DNA of 64,000 nt, from the NCBI GenBank assembly GCA_963729825.1, contig CAVSQR010000077.1, positions 19,132 to 83,131 of the forward strand, read 5' to 3'. The first letter of the stretch is position 1, and every line of letters starts with the position of its first letter. The notes below the pieces were generated by a model. That model was not told where the DNA came from, did no database searches, and saw only the letters and a list, made by a program, of their open reading frames with translations. The DNA is from an uncultured delta proteobacterium (GTDB lineage Bacteria; Desulfobacterota; Desulfobulbia; Desulfobulbales; SURF-16). Positions 36,760 through 46,885 of the stretch are shown here, one piece after another. A program made the translations under genes and the position numbers.

Positions 36760-37988
36760 ATGATCTCCGGAGCCGATACCGCTTTTATCCTTATTTCCGC
36801 AGCACTGGTCCTGCTGATGACACCGGGACTGGCTATTTTCTATGCTGGAATGGTGCGCGGCAAAAACGTCCTTGCCACCATCCTGCAATCTTTTATCATG
36901 ATTTCGGTCATCAGCATCGAATGGGTTTACCTGGGCTACAGCATGGCCTTTGGCCCTGATCTTGGCGGATTTATCGGCGACCTGTCTTTTTTCTCCTTAA
37001 ATGGGGTGACCAGCGCCCCAAGCGAGTTTTACGCAACAACGATCCCCCAGAACGTTTTCATGATCTATCAGTGCATGTTTGCCATCATCACTCCGGCACT
37101 GATCACCGGCGCCTTTGCCGAACGCATGCGCTTCGGCCCTTTTCTCATTTTCGGCCTGGCCTGGACCATCCTGGTGTACAACCCGGTCTGTCACTGGGTC
37201 TGGGGCAATGGGGGCTGGCTCGGCCGCCAAAGGCGTACTTGACTTTGCCGGCGGACTGGTCGTGCATCTGACATCCGGCATGGCCGCCCTGGCCTCGGTT
37301 ATTGTCCTTGGTCCCCGCAAAGGACTTGGCCGTGAAAGCTTCATGCCCCACAGCCTGCCCATGACCCTGCTCGGCACCGGCCTGCTCTGGTTCGGCTGGT
37401 TCGGCTTTAACGGCGGCAGCGCCCTTAGCGGCCAACGGCATTGCCGCCACCGCCTTTATCTCCACCCATCTTGCCGGCATGGCCGGCATGGGGATGTGGC
37501 TGCTGGTTGAATGGGTTCACCGGAAAAAACCGACAACCCTGGGAGCCGCCTCAGGGGCCATTGCCGGCTTGGCCACCGTCACCCCGGGCGCCGGATTCAT
37601 CACCCCCAATTCCGCCATCATCATCGGTATCATTGCCGGATTTTCCTGTTATCTGGCGGTCAACCTGAAAAACAGAATCGGCTTTGACGACAGCCTGGAC
37701 GTGGTCGGCATCCACGGTCTGGGCGGCGTTATCGGCACGATCTGCCTGGGACTTTTTGCCACCAAGTCCGTCAATCCTAATGGGGCCGACGGGCTTTTCG
37801 CCGGCAACGCGGCATTTCTGGCCACCCAGATATTCGGTGTAGCGGTGGTCGGCGCCTACGCATTTCTTGTCAGCCTTATCCTGCTGAAAATCATCGACCT
37901 CATCAGCGGCGGGCTCAGGGTGAGCCGTGAAAACGAGATGCTGGGTCTGGATCAGAGTGCGCACAGCGAAACAGCTTACAACATGTGA
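36760..37988 (+). pseudogene. amtB: ammonium transporter AmtB, two frameshifts (about 37225 and 37433)
   Basis: Pieces 36760.., 37115.. and 37479.. step through frames 1>2>0. Joined: ..[10 protein letters not shown]|[33 protein letters not shown]|[32 protein letters not shown].. These are canonical Amt motifs. Confidence 0.9.
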
Positions 37989-38101
37989 AGTATTGTATTG
38001 CGCAGCCAAAAAATTACTTAGAGCAACGTGTTCTTTGCGGTAGAATGAAAAATTGATGGCTTTGTAAAAAGCTCCAGGCCCAGAATTTACGTGAGCGATA
38101 A

Positions 38102-38551
<450 letters not shown>

Positions 38552-41074
38552 ATGGTGACGGAGCTGCGCGCCAGACGTGATGCCCTGGAGACCTTATGGC
38601 GCCAGGGATTAAGCGGGCATGCCCTGCTGGAAAAACACACCGGCCTCATGGATGCGGCACTCCAGGATTATTTCAGAGAGAGCGGCGCAGACCCGGAAAA
38701 CATGTGCCTGGTTGCTTTGGGAGGTTACGGCAGAAAGGAACTTTTCCCTTACTCGGATATCGATCTCATGCTGCTTTACCGTCCGGCCGCGGAAAAACAG
38801 CTGAGCGATGTGGCTGAAGCCATATTTTACCCGCTGTGGGATGCCGGACTGGAAGTAGGGCACGGGGTAAGAACGCCGGCCACCTGCATCGAAGAGGCCG
38901 GCAAAGATTTTTTTCTGCTGGTCTCCCTGCTTGACGCAAGGCTCATTGCCGGCTCCAGCGATCTTTTCACCGCTCTGCTGGCGGATTTCCAGCAAACATT
39001 TGTGGCGGGCCAGCGCAAAACCTTTTTGCAGGACATGCTTTTTCATCGGCAGAAACGCCATGAGCGTTTCGGCAACCACACCTATCTGCTTGAGCCCCAT
39101 ATCAAGGAGAGCCGAGGCGGTTTCCGCGACATCCAGGCCATGCTCTGGTCAGCCCAGGTTCTTTTCAACCTCAAACAGTCTCAGGACCTGGAGAGGGCCG
39201 GTCTGATATCAACAGAAGAACTGCAGTCCTTTGACCAGGCCAGCGACACCCTGATCAAAATACGAAACCGGCTCCATTACATCAGCGGCCGCAAAAACGA
39301 CCAGCTTTTTTTCGAGCACCAGGAGGAGATGGCCAAGGCCTTCGGTTATAAAGACGAACAGGGCATGCTCGGGGTAGAGCGCTTCATGCGCGACATCCAT
39401 GCCCAGCTGCAGACAATCGCTCTGACCTCGGACCTCTTCTTCGAGCATGCGACAGAGGTGCTGGGGCTTGTGCAAACCGGCAAGCAGCAGGACAAGGAAC
39501 TGGAAAAAGGTATCACCCTCCGCCAGGGGCGCATCCATCTGACGGACATCGAGCTGGCGGCCAAGCGCCCCTATTTGCTCATGCGAGCCTTCACCCATGT
39601 TGCCCAGACAGGCAACCCCCTGCACCACCGCACCAAAAAACTCATCAGCGGCAATCTGCATCTTATTGAAGCAAAAACACGGAATTCCAAAAGGATGAAC
39701 AAGGCCTTTCTGGAAACCATCCAGGGGCCAAATCCGCTGCCGGCCCTCACCGACATGCTGGAAAGCGGGCTGCTCTCCGCCTATATCCCTGAATTTCTTC
39801 ACCTGAAATCTCTGGCCCAGCATGACATCTATCATGTTTTCACGGTGGACCGCCATCTGCTGCAAACGGTTGAGGAAGTCAATCAGCTCCGCTCGCTCGA
39901 GCATACGCTTTTCATCACCGTTCCTTCACCGTATATCCTTTTTCTCGCGGCCCTGCTGCATGATATCGGCAAAGGTTACGGCAAAAACCATGCGGAATAC
40001 GGCGCTGAACTGGCAAGCGATATCGGCAAACGGCTGGGCATGCCCGAGGCTGACATTAACTGTCTCACCTTCCTGGTCCGCGAGCATCTTTTTTTAGCGG
40101 AAATCGCCCAACGCCGGGATCTGGAAGATGAGGGCCTCATTCTCCGTTGCGCCAAACAGCTTAATGACCCGGACCGGCTGACCATGCTTTACCTGCTGAC
40201 CATCGCCGATGCCAAAGCAACAGGCCCCTCAGCCTGGTCCGACTGGAAGGCGGCGCTGCTGCTGGAACTTTACCTGAAGGTGGCGAACACCTTAAGTCGT
40301 GACGACCTCACCCTGCCTGATCCGCGGCAGGAGATTGCCTGGATGAGAGGTCAGGTGGCCGCCCTGCTCGGCGACAGCCCGGCGGTTCCCTTGAAAATCC
40401 TGCCGGATGACTACCTGCTCGGCAACTCTCCTGATGAGGTTGTCAGCCATATACGCCTGCATGAAGAATTGAAGAAACAGGAGGTGATCGTCAAACCAAG
40501 CCAGGAAAAAGGCCACTGGTCGATCCTGATCATGGCCCAGGACAGACCCGGCATCTTGAGCAAAATCTGCGGGGTGATGGCCCTGCACAATCTGAAGGTT
40601 CTTGCCGCGCAGATTTACACCTGGCTTGATGGCACGATTGTTGATATTCTTCATGTCACATCGATGCTGGACAATCAATTCGAGGACCAGAACTGGCAGA
40701 CCCTGGAGGATGACCTGGGCAGGGCGATCCATTTCAGAATCGGCCTCACCCATCGCCTTCATCAAAAGCTGACCGCTCTGGGCGCCGCGCCCACCCAGCT
40801 GGGCCAGCGGCCGCCGGCCAAGGTGGTCATTGATCCGGTCGCCTCTGACAATTTCACGGTTATTGAAGTATATGCCGTAAACAGGCCGGGCCTGCTTTAC
40901 GATATTACCCGTACCCTGTCTGATTTCGGCATCAACACCTTTCGAGCCAAAATCGGCACCAAGGCCGACCAGGTCGTGGATGTTTTTTATGTGCTGGATC
41001 ACCAGGGTCTTAAAATCGAGGAGCCGTCCTTCAAGAATGAGATAAAAAACGGCCTGCTTCATGCTGCCGCCTGA
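38552..41074 (+). CDS. glnD: [protein-PII] uridylyltransferase/uridylyl-removing enzyme GlnD
   Basis: 840 aa. N-terminal nucleotidyltransferase (ALGGYGRKELFPYSDIDL), HD domain (LLHDIGKG) and two C-terminal ACT domains. Start abuts the glnB stop. Confidence 0.9.
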   Translation: MVTELRARRDALETLWRQGLSGHALLEKHTGLMDAALQDYFRESGADPENMCLVALGGYGRKELFPYSDIDLMLLYRPAAEKQLSDVAEAIFYPLWDAGLEVGHGVRTPATCIEEAGKDFFLLVSLLDARLIAGSSDLFTALLADFQQTFVAGQRKTFLQDMLFHRQKRHERFGNHTYLLEPHIKESRGGFRDIQAMLWSAQVLFNLKQSQDLERAGLISTEELQSFDQASDTLIKIRNRLHYISGRKNDQLFFEHQEEMAKAFGYKDEQGMLGVERFMRDIHAQLQTIALTSDLFFEHATEVLGLVQTGKQQDKELEKGITLRQGRIHLTDIELAAKRPYLLMRAFTHVAQTGNPLHHRTKKLISGNLHLIEAKTRNSKRMNKAFLETIQGPNPLPALTDMLESGLLSAYIPEFLHLKSLAQHDIYHVFTVDRHLLQTVEEVNQLRSLEHTLFITVPSPYILFLAALLHDIGKGYGKNHAEYGAELASDIGKRLGMPEADINCLTFLVREHLFLAEIAQRRDLEDEGLILRCAKQLNDPDRLTMLYLLTIADAKATGPSAWSDWKAALLLELYLKVANTLSRDDLTLPDPRQEIAWMRGQVAALLGDSPAVPLKILPDDYLLGNSPDEVVSHIRLHEELKKQEVIVKPSQEKGHWSILIMAQDRPGILSKICGVMALHNLKVLAAQIYTWLDGTIVDILHVTSMLDNQFEDQNWQTLEDDLGRAIHFRIGLTHRLHQKLTALGAAPTQLGQRPPAKVVIDPVASDNFTVIEVYAVNRPGLLYDITRTLSDFGINTFRAKIGTKADQVVDVFYVLDHQGLKIEEPSFKNEIKNGLLHAAA

Positions 41075-41401
41075 AGCTTTACCAAAATTTATGCATTCTC
41101 GTTTTTTATTTTACAATTATGTAACAAATAAAAAACTTGCCACTCGCTGCGGAATATGGAAAATTAGGACCTGTTCAGTAATGTAACTTGAAGTGCACCG
41201 GAAAACTCCTGGTGAGACTTTTTTATACAAGGCGTCACAGAATTTGAATGAAACACATGGACATACTGCGATTAGTCGAGCAAGACCTCAGGCATCAGGC
41301 ACGGGCATGAGAGAACTTGCAGCGAAACCATCCTGAGAACATGAATATTCCCTGCAGTGGGGATCATTATTCAGCAATCATTATGCAAGGAGAAAACAAC
41401 A

Positions 41402-43540
41402 ATGTGTACCGAATGTAACTACGGAAGCTGCCCTGATCTTATCAACATCAACGTACCGGGGCTTTTCGGCTCAAATGTCTTCAACGAAAAAATCATGAAA
41501 GAGAGACTGCCCAAGGAGACATACAAGGCGCTGAAGAAAACCATCGAAATGGGGGCTTCTCTGCAGCCGGAGACAGCGGCCGTAGTCGCCAATGCCATGA
41601 AGGATTGGGCCATCGAGAAAGGCGCCACCCACTATACCCACTGGTTTCAGCCGCTGACCGGCTCAACTGCGGAAAAGCACGATTCCTTTATTGCGCCGAC
41701 CGATGGATGGCAGCGTGATCATGGAGTTCTCCGGCAAACAGCTCATTCAGGGCGAGCCGGATGCCTCATCCTTCCCCAGCGGCGGGCTGCGCGCCACCTT
41801 TGAGGCCCGCGGTTATACCGCCTGGGACTGCACCTCGCCGGCCTTCCTGAAAGAAGACGCCGCCGGCAATGTCACCCTGTGCATCCCCACCGCCTTCTGT
41901 TCCTACAAGGGCGAGGCCCTGGATAAAAAAACCCCGCTGCTGCGGTCCATGGACGCTGTTTCCAACCAGGCCCTGCGTGTGCTGAAGGCCCTGGGCAACA
42001 CCACCTCCAAGCCGAGTCACCTCCACGGTTGGCGCCGAGCAGGAATATTTCCTGGTGGAAAAGGAGTACTATCTGCAACGCCTTGATCTCCTGACCTGCG
42101 GCCGAACGCTTTTCGGCGCACCCGCCCCCAAGGGCCAGGAGCTGGAAGACCAGTATTTCGGCGCGATCAAGGATCGCGTTTCCGCCTTCATGAAGGATCT
42201 TGACATCGAGCTGTGGAAGATGGGCATCACCTCCAAAACCAAGCACAACGAGGTGGCCCCGGCCCAGTTCGAGATGGCGCCCGGTTTTCGCCACCACCAA
42301 CATCGCCGCCGACCACAACCAGCTGGTCATGGAAACCATGCAGAAGGTGGCCCTGCGCCACGGCATGGTCTGCCTGCTGCACGAAAAACCCTATGCCGGG
42401 GTCAACGGTTCCGGCAAGCACAACAACTGGTCGCTGACCACCGATGACGGCATCAACCTGCTTGAACCCGGCACACACCCCCGAGGACAATGCCCAGTTC
42501 CTGGTTTTCCTCTGCGCCCTGCTGAAGGCGGTGGACACCCATGCCGACATCATGCGCGCCACCTGCGGCAGTTCCGGCAACGATCATCGTCTGGGCGCCA
42601 ACGAGGCACCGCCGGCCATCATTTCCGTCTTCCTCGGCGATGAACTGACCGATATTCTCGACAATCTGGCCAAGGGCGAGAAGATCGCCAAGAAAGGCGG
42701 CTGCAGTTCCTGAAGATCGGCGTTGACTCCCTGCCTGAACTGCCGAAGGACAACACCGACCGCAACCGCACCTCGCCCTTTGCCTTTACCGGCAACAAGT
42801 TCGAGTTCCGCATGGTCGGCTCTTCCCAGTCGATTTCCGGCCCCAACGTGGCCCTGAACACCATCGCCGCCGAGGCCCTTGATGAGATCGCCACCCGTCT
42901 GGAGAAGGCCAAGGACATCAACGCCGAGATCCTCACCATCCTCAAGGACACCGTAAAAAACCATGAGCAGATCATCTTCAACGGCAACAACTACAGCCCG
43001 GACTGGGAGAAAGAGGCCGAGAAACGCGGCCTGCCCAACATCAAGACCACCGTTGACGCCCTGAAGGCCTTTGTCACCCCCAAGGCCATCAAGCTGTTTG
43101 GCAAGTACAATGTGCTCAGCAAGGAAGAGCTGCACTCCCGCTACGACATCTACGTCGAGCAGTACGCCAAGCATATCAATATCGAGGCCCAGACCGCCAT
43201 GCAGATGGTGCGCAGACTCTATTTCCCCGCTGCGATCCGCTACATGACCGAGCTCGGCAATTCCATGGCTGTGGCGGGCAAATCAGCCTCCGTGCAGAAG
43301 GAACTGCTGGAGGCCATCGGCAATCTGCTTACTTCGGCAAACAAGAAACTCAAAAAACTCGAAGAAGAGACGATTAAGTCTCAAGCCATTGACAAGGTGG
43401 AAAAACAGGCCGTGGCCTTCCGCGACAAGGTACGGCCCTGTTTAAACGACCTGCGGGCCGACATTGACGCAATTGAGGTGGTGATGCCCAGCGATCTCTG
43501 GCCAGTACCGGTTTACAGCGATATGCTGTTTAAACTGTAA
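41402..43540 (+). pseudogene. glnN: type III glutamine synthetase (GlnN), five frameshifts (about 41708, 42012-42016, 42283, 42478-42482 and 42700)
   Basis: Six ORF pieces are colinear with Bacteroides-type GlnN (memory). Matches include [111 protein letters not shown] and DRNRTSPFAFTGNKFEFR. AAGGAG RBS before ATG 41402. Confidence 0.9.
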
Positions 43541-43562
43541 TTCGAAGGCAGGACGAAACCGC

Positions 43563-43613
43563 GGCAGCAGAGGGGAAGACAACAGCACCCTCTCTGCTGC
43601 CTGTAAATTTTTC
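43563..43613 (+). terminator. intrinsic terminator after glnN
   Basis: GGCAGCAGAGGGG..loop..CCCTCTCTGCTGCC stem (about 14 bp with one G-U) followed by TGTAAATTTTTCG. Confidence 0.7.
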
Positions 43614-43728
43614 GTTTCCTCCTGCCGGGTCGGCGCCTGGCAGTGAGGCACAAGGCAAGATGGCCCGGGATTTGCTCAGCATCCCGGGCCTTTTTCATGC
43701 TACCTGCCTCCCACTGCGGTGATATCGT

Positions 43729-44515
43729 ATGCTTCATAACACCTTTCTCCACATCCCGGGCATCGGCGAAAAAACGGAAAAACAGATCTGGCAGTCCGGC
43801 ATTCATACCTGGGAGCAATGGCAGCCTCCCTTTCCGCCCAACCTGCCGCAGGCAAAGATCAATCTCATCACCTATCATCTGCAACACTATCTTGACGCAG
43901 CAGGACGGCTCAGCCTTATTTTACGCAAAACTCCTGCAGCCAAGTCATCACTGGCGCCTTTTTCCCCATTTTCGCGACAGGACAGCCTTTCTTGATATCG
44001 AGACAAACGGCATGGGTCCGGATCAGTGTGAAATCACCACCATCGCCCTTTACGATGGCCGGACAATCCGCACCTACGTCCAGGGCCGCAACCTGGAACA
44101 GTTCACCGGGGACATCGCGGATTATGAGGTTATCGTTACCTACAACGGCAAAAGTTTCGACGTGCCGGTGATAGAATCATGCCTGCATACCCGGCTCAAA
44201 CAGGTGCATATCGATTTGCGCTACATTCTGGCCAGGCTGGGCTACAGAGGCGGCCTGAAAGGCTGTGAAAGACAGCTGGGGATCAACAGGATGGGGCTGG
44301 ACGGAGTTGACGGCTACTGGGCAGTGCTTCTCTGGCAGGAATTTGCCCGCAGCGGCAATGACAGGGCGCTGCAAACCCTGCTGGCCTACAATATTGCCGA
44401 TGCGGTCAATCTGGAATCCCTGCTGGTCCAAGCCTACAATCTGAACATCGCCCCCACCCCCTTTGCCCTCAGCAACTACATCCCGCTGCCGGAGAGCCCT
44501 GCCTCCGCCCTTTAA
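43729..44515 (+). pseudogene. RNase H-like (YprB/PolB-exonuclease-like) domain protein with N-terminal HhH motif, one frameshift near 43902
   Basis: N-terminal FLHIPGIGEKTEKQIW (helix-hairpin-helix), then AFLDIETNG (exonuclease motif I DxE), YNGKSFD and AYNIADA. ORFs 43729..43995 and 43643..44515 join as ..YLDAA|DGSALFYAKLL.. Confidence 0.65.
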
Positions 44516-44570
44516 TCCGGACAAGGAGATTATCCTGAAAATCAGGGAGATGCTGCACTCTCCCTATAAC

Positions 44571-45034
44571 CTATAAATAGATAATGATGGCCCCGCTATT
44601 TTCCCGTTGACCGTTTTCCCATACATAATTTCTGATTTCCCTGCCGGCCTTCATGTCCTTTGCCATGCCTTCCACCAGATCCCGCAGAACAGGAAGCCCT
44701 TGGGAATGAAGACCCTTGCCGGTAATGACGGCAACTGTCCTGAGCCCTTTTTGACGAGCTGTCAGCAGAAAATTCGTCACCTTACCCTCGGCTTCCTGTC
44801 CGGTTAATCCATGCAGATCCAAGTGTTCCTGCGGAGAGGGATAGATAAATTTTTTACCGGGGTTCCCTGCCCGTTCGCGTTCTTCACCGCCGAAACTTCC
44901 CTGTCAAAAGAGGTGGAATCAAACATTTCGGCAAAGGATTCCTGTTCTCTTGCCGGCAAATCACCGCCGAAATGAAAATCATCATCCGTTAACTGCGGCA
45001 GTCCGCCCTTCTGTCTTGTTATCTTCTTTTTCAC
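44571..45034 (-). pseudogene. Smr domain-containing protein, one frameshift near 44855
   Basis: C-terminal Smr domain LDLHGLTGQEAEGKV..FL..A...G.R.V.VITGKGLHS. ORFs 44804..45034 and 44571..44822 join near the C/A run ccccggtaaaaaattt and behave as a 1-nt deletion. Confidence 0.7.
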
Positions 45035-45299
45035 GACCGGTCCCCGTAAGCCCTGCGCTAATCACTGATTATTGCCTCATAAGGCATAACTCAAATAAAG
45101 CTTTCTCATGCTTCTTTATACCCGCCGGTTCAACTTATTCACGCAAGAATTTTACCCAAGGCAAGCCTGCTGGCAAATTTTGCCCGGGGATAGGCGGGGA
45201 GATCATCGATCCGATTATTTCCTGCGTAGCGTAAAAATTGTCCTGGTTACTGTTTATTGCAGGAAATGATTATTGGCCAGGAGAAGGCAGGAGGGGAAT

Positions 45300-45354
45300 C
45301 CCAGGTTGTTAAAATCAGGCAGGGCCACCTGCCTGGCACTTTTAACAACCTGGG
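45300..45354. repeat. 55-nt nested perfect inverted repeat (long hairpin)
   Basis: Outer arms CCCAGGTTGTTAAAA (45300-45314) / TTTTAACAACCTGGG (45340-45354). Inner arms CAGGCAGG (45316-45323) / CCTGCCTG (45328-45335), loop GCCA. No flanking U-tract. Confidence 0.8.
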
Positions 45355-45373
45355 GGGGGAAGGCGGGCAAAAG

Positions 45374-45673
45374 TTAGAGGATAATCTGGTCTATCGGCCC
45401 CTGATAGATCACCGGCGTAATGCCACGACTGGCTACCGCCCTTTCCGCGGTCTTACTGATGGTTGTCATATAGACTTTCTGGCAATCCTGGATTATATCG
45501 GCAATCCATTCACACATATCCTGATCAAAAAACCCGGCAAAAAGCGGCTCTGAAACCCGTTCTCCAACAAATTGCAGACCGTTTTCCGTCTGCTCATAAA
45601 TCAAAAATCTCTTTGCCGTGCCAAAACGTTCGTTCACCACTTTTCTGTCACTCGACACAACGGCTATACGCAT
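45374..45673 (-). CDS. NifB/NifX-family (dinitrogenase Fe-Mo cofactor biosynthesis domain) small protein
   Basis: MRIAVVSSDRKVVNERFGTAKRFLIYE... matches the NifX/NifB C-terminal fold pattern. AAGGAGGAG RBS before ATG 45673. Confidence 0.6.
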   Translation of the reverse strand: MRIAVVSSDRKVVNERFGTAKRFLIYEQTENGLQFVGERVSEPLFAGFFDQDMCEWIADIIQDCQKVYMTTISKTAERAVASRGITPVIYQGPIDQIIL

Positions 45674-46036
45674 ATCTCCTCCTTTATCCAGAGAGTTGAC
45701 AGCCCGGGGAATGGAAAATAACACCCCTCCCATCATGGCAATGATGCATGGGTTATTTACAAGTTATATGCCACCAGCATCCCTTTTCTAGCGCAGGATC
45801 ACAACCAGTCGTTATCTCGCTATAAAGTCGTTGATGCCTCTTTAGCCGTTACGATAACAAATCAATTTTTTTCTACCCCGGATCTGTTGCATGATTCAAT
45901 TTTTTGAACTTTTCAGCTTGACCGCCACGCCCATTACGAATAATGTTTTTTATATTCAAATCTGCGTAAATTTTTCTCTGGGATCTCCTTCCGCCACTAA
46001 CAAAACTGATCATCAGGCAACAGTGAGGTAAGACAA

Positions 46037-46651
46037 TTGACAAACAACACGAACATCCCTGACGGATATATAAAAAAAGAAACAATGTGGTTTATTGCCC
46101 TGGTCGCTCTTGCCTTCGGCTTTCTGGCAGGAATTGTTTTCAGCGTTTATAAATCCGGTCCATCTCCGGCAGCCGTCACCCCGCAGGCCGTGCAGCAGCA
46201 AGGCCAGGCCCCGGCTGCTGATCCGCAGATCACCCAGAAAATACTGGCCCTGGAAAAAGAGGTGGTTGCCCACCCGGACAACATGGAGGCATGGACCCAG
46301 CTGGGTAATTATTATTTTGACAGCGACAACCCCGGCAAGGCCATTGAGGCCTACAACAAATCCCTTGCTCTTAACCCGAACAATGCCGATGTGCTGACTG
46401 ACCTGGGTGTCATGTATCGCCGCAATGGCAACCCCAAAGAGGCGATCGCCGCCTTTGATCGGGCCACAGCGGTTGACCCGAGCCATCCCACCGCCAGGTT
46501 TAACCGGGGTATCGTGCAGCTCTATGACCTGAAAGATCGTGACGGAGCAATCAAGACCTGGGAGGAGTTGGTGAAACTTCACCCTGACGCCAAGGCGCCA
46601 AATGGACAGCCTGTCACCGAAATCATCAAAACGGTCAAAGAACAGCGATAA
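46037..46651 (+). CDS. TPR repeat protein with N-terminal membrane anchor
   Basis: One TM segment (WFIALVALAFGFLAGIVF), then TPR repeats (AWTQLGNYYFDSDNPGKAIEAYNKSLALNPNNADVLTDLGVMY..). TTG start with a GAGG RBS. Confidence 0.7.
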   Translation: MTNNTNIPDGYIKKETMWFIALVALAFGFLAGIVFSVYKSGPSPAAVTPQAVQQQGQAPAADPQITQKILALEKEVVAHPDNMEAWTQLGNYYFDSDNPGKAIEAYNKSLALNPNNADVLTDLGVMYRRNGNPKEAIAAFDRATAVDPSHPTARFNRGIVQLYDLKDRDGAIKTWEELVKLHPDAKAPNGQPVTEIIKTVKEQR

Positions 46652-46674
46652 TCCCGGGCAAGGTCCCTTCTCCG

Positions 46675-46706
46675 AATCAGAGCAGCTCTGCTGCTCTGAT
46701 TTTCTC
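46675..46706 (+). terminator. intrinsic terminator after the TPR gene
   Basis: AATCAGAGCAG-ctctg-CTGCTCTGATT, an 11-bp perfect stem followed by TTTTCTCC. Confidence 0.75.
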
Positions 46707-46885
46707 CAATTCGTAAAAAAGTTTCCTAAACAATCTGTAATTGCTATAGTAAGTTATTGAGACAGCAATAAGCGTGGTCATTTTTGACAGCGAGGTTCAG
46801 CTCCATGCCGAGATCCAGCTTCACCTTGGGAATAGACTGTATTCATCCATTTTCTTTTTTTTAATCAAATCACTGCGCCAAAGCT

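Noticed and set aside
41075-41401. Sigma-54 promoter or NtrC sites upstream of glnN (several GGCA-containing strings; TGCACC..GGTGA)
   Set aside because: None has the required GG-N10-GC spacing, and the TGCACC/GGTGA pair has the wrong spacing for an NtrC site. glnN may be co-transcribed from glnB or use another promoter.
45257-45553. 98-aa plus-strand ORF
   Set aside because: It spans the long hairpin and the antisense of the NifX-like gene. It has no RBS and no motifs.
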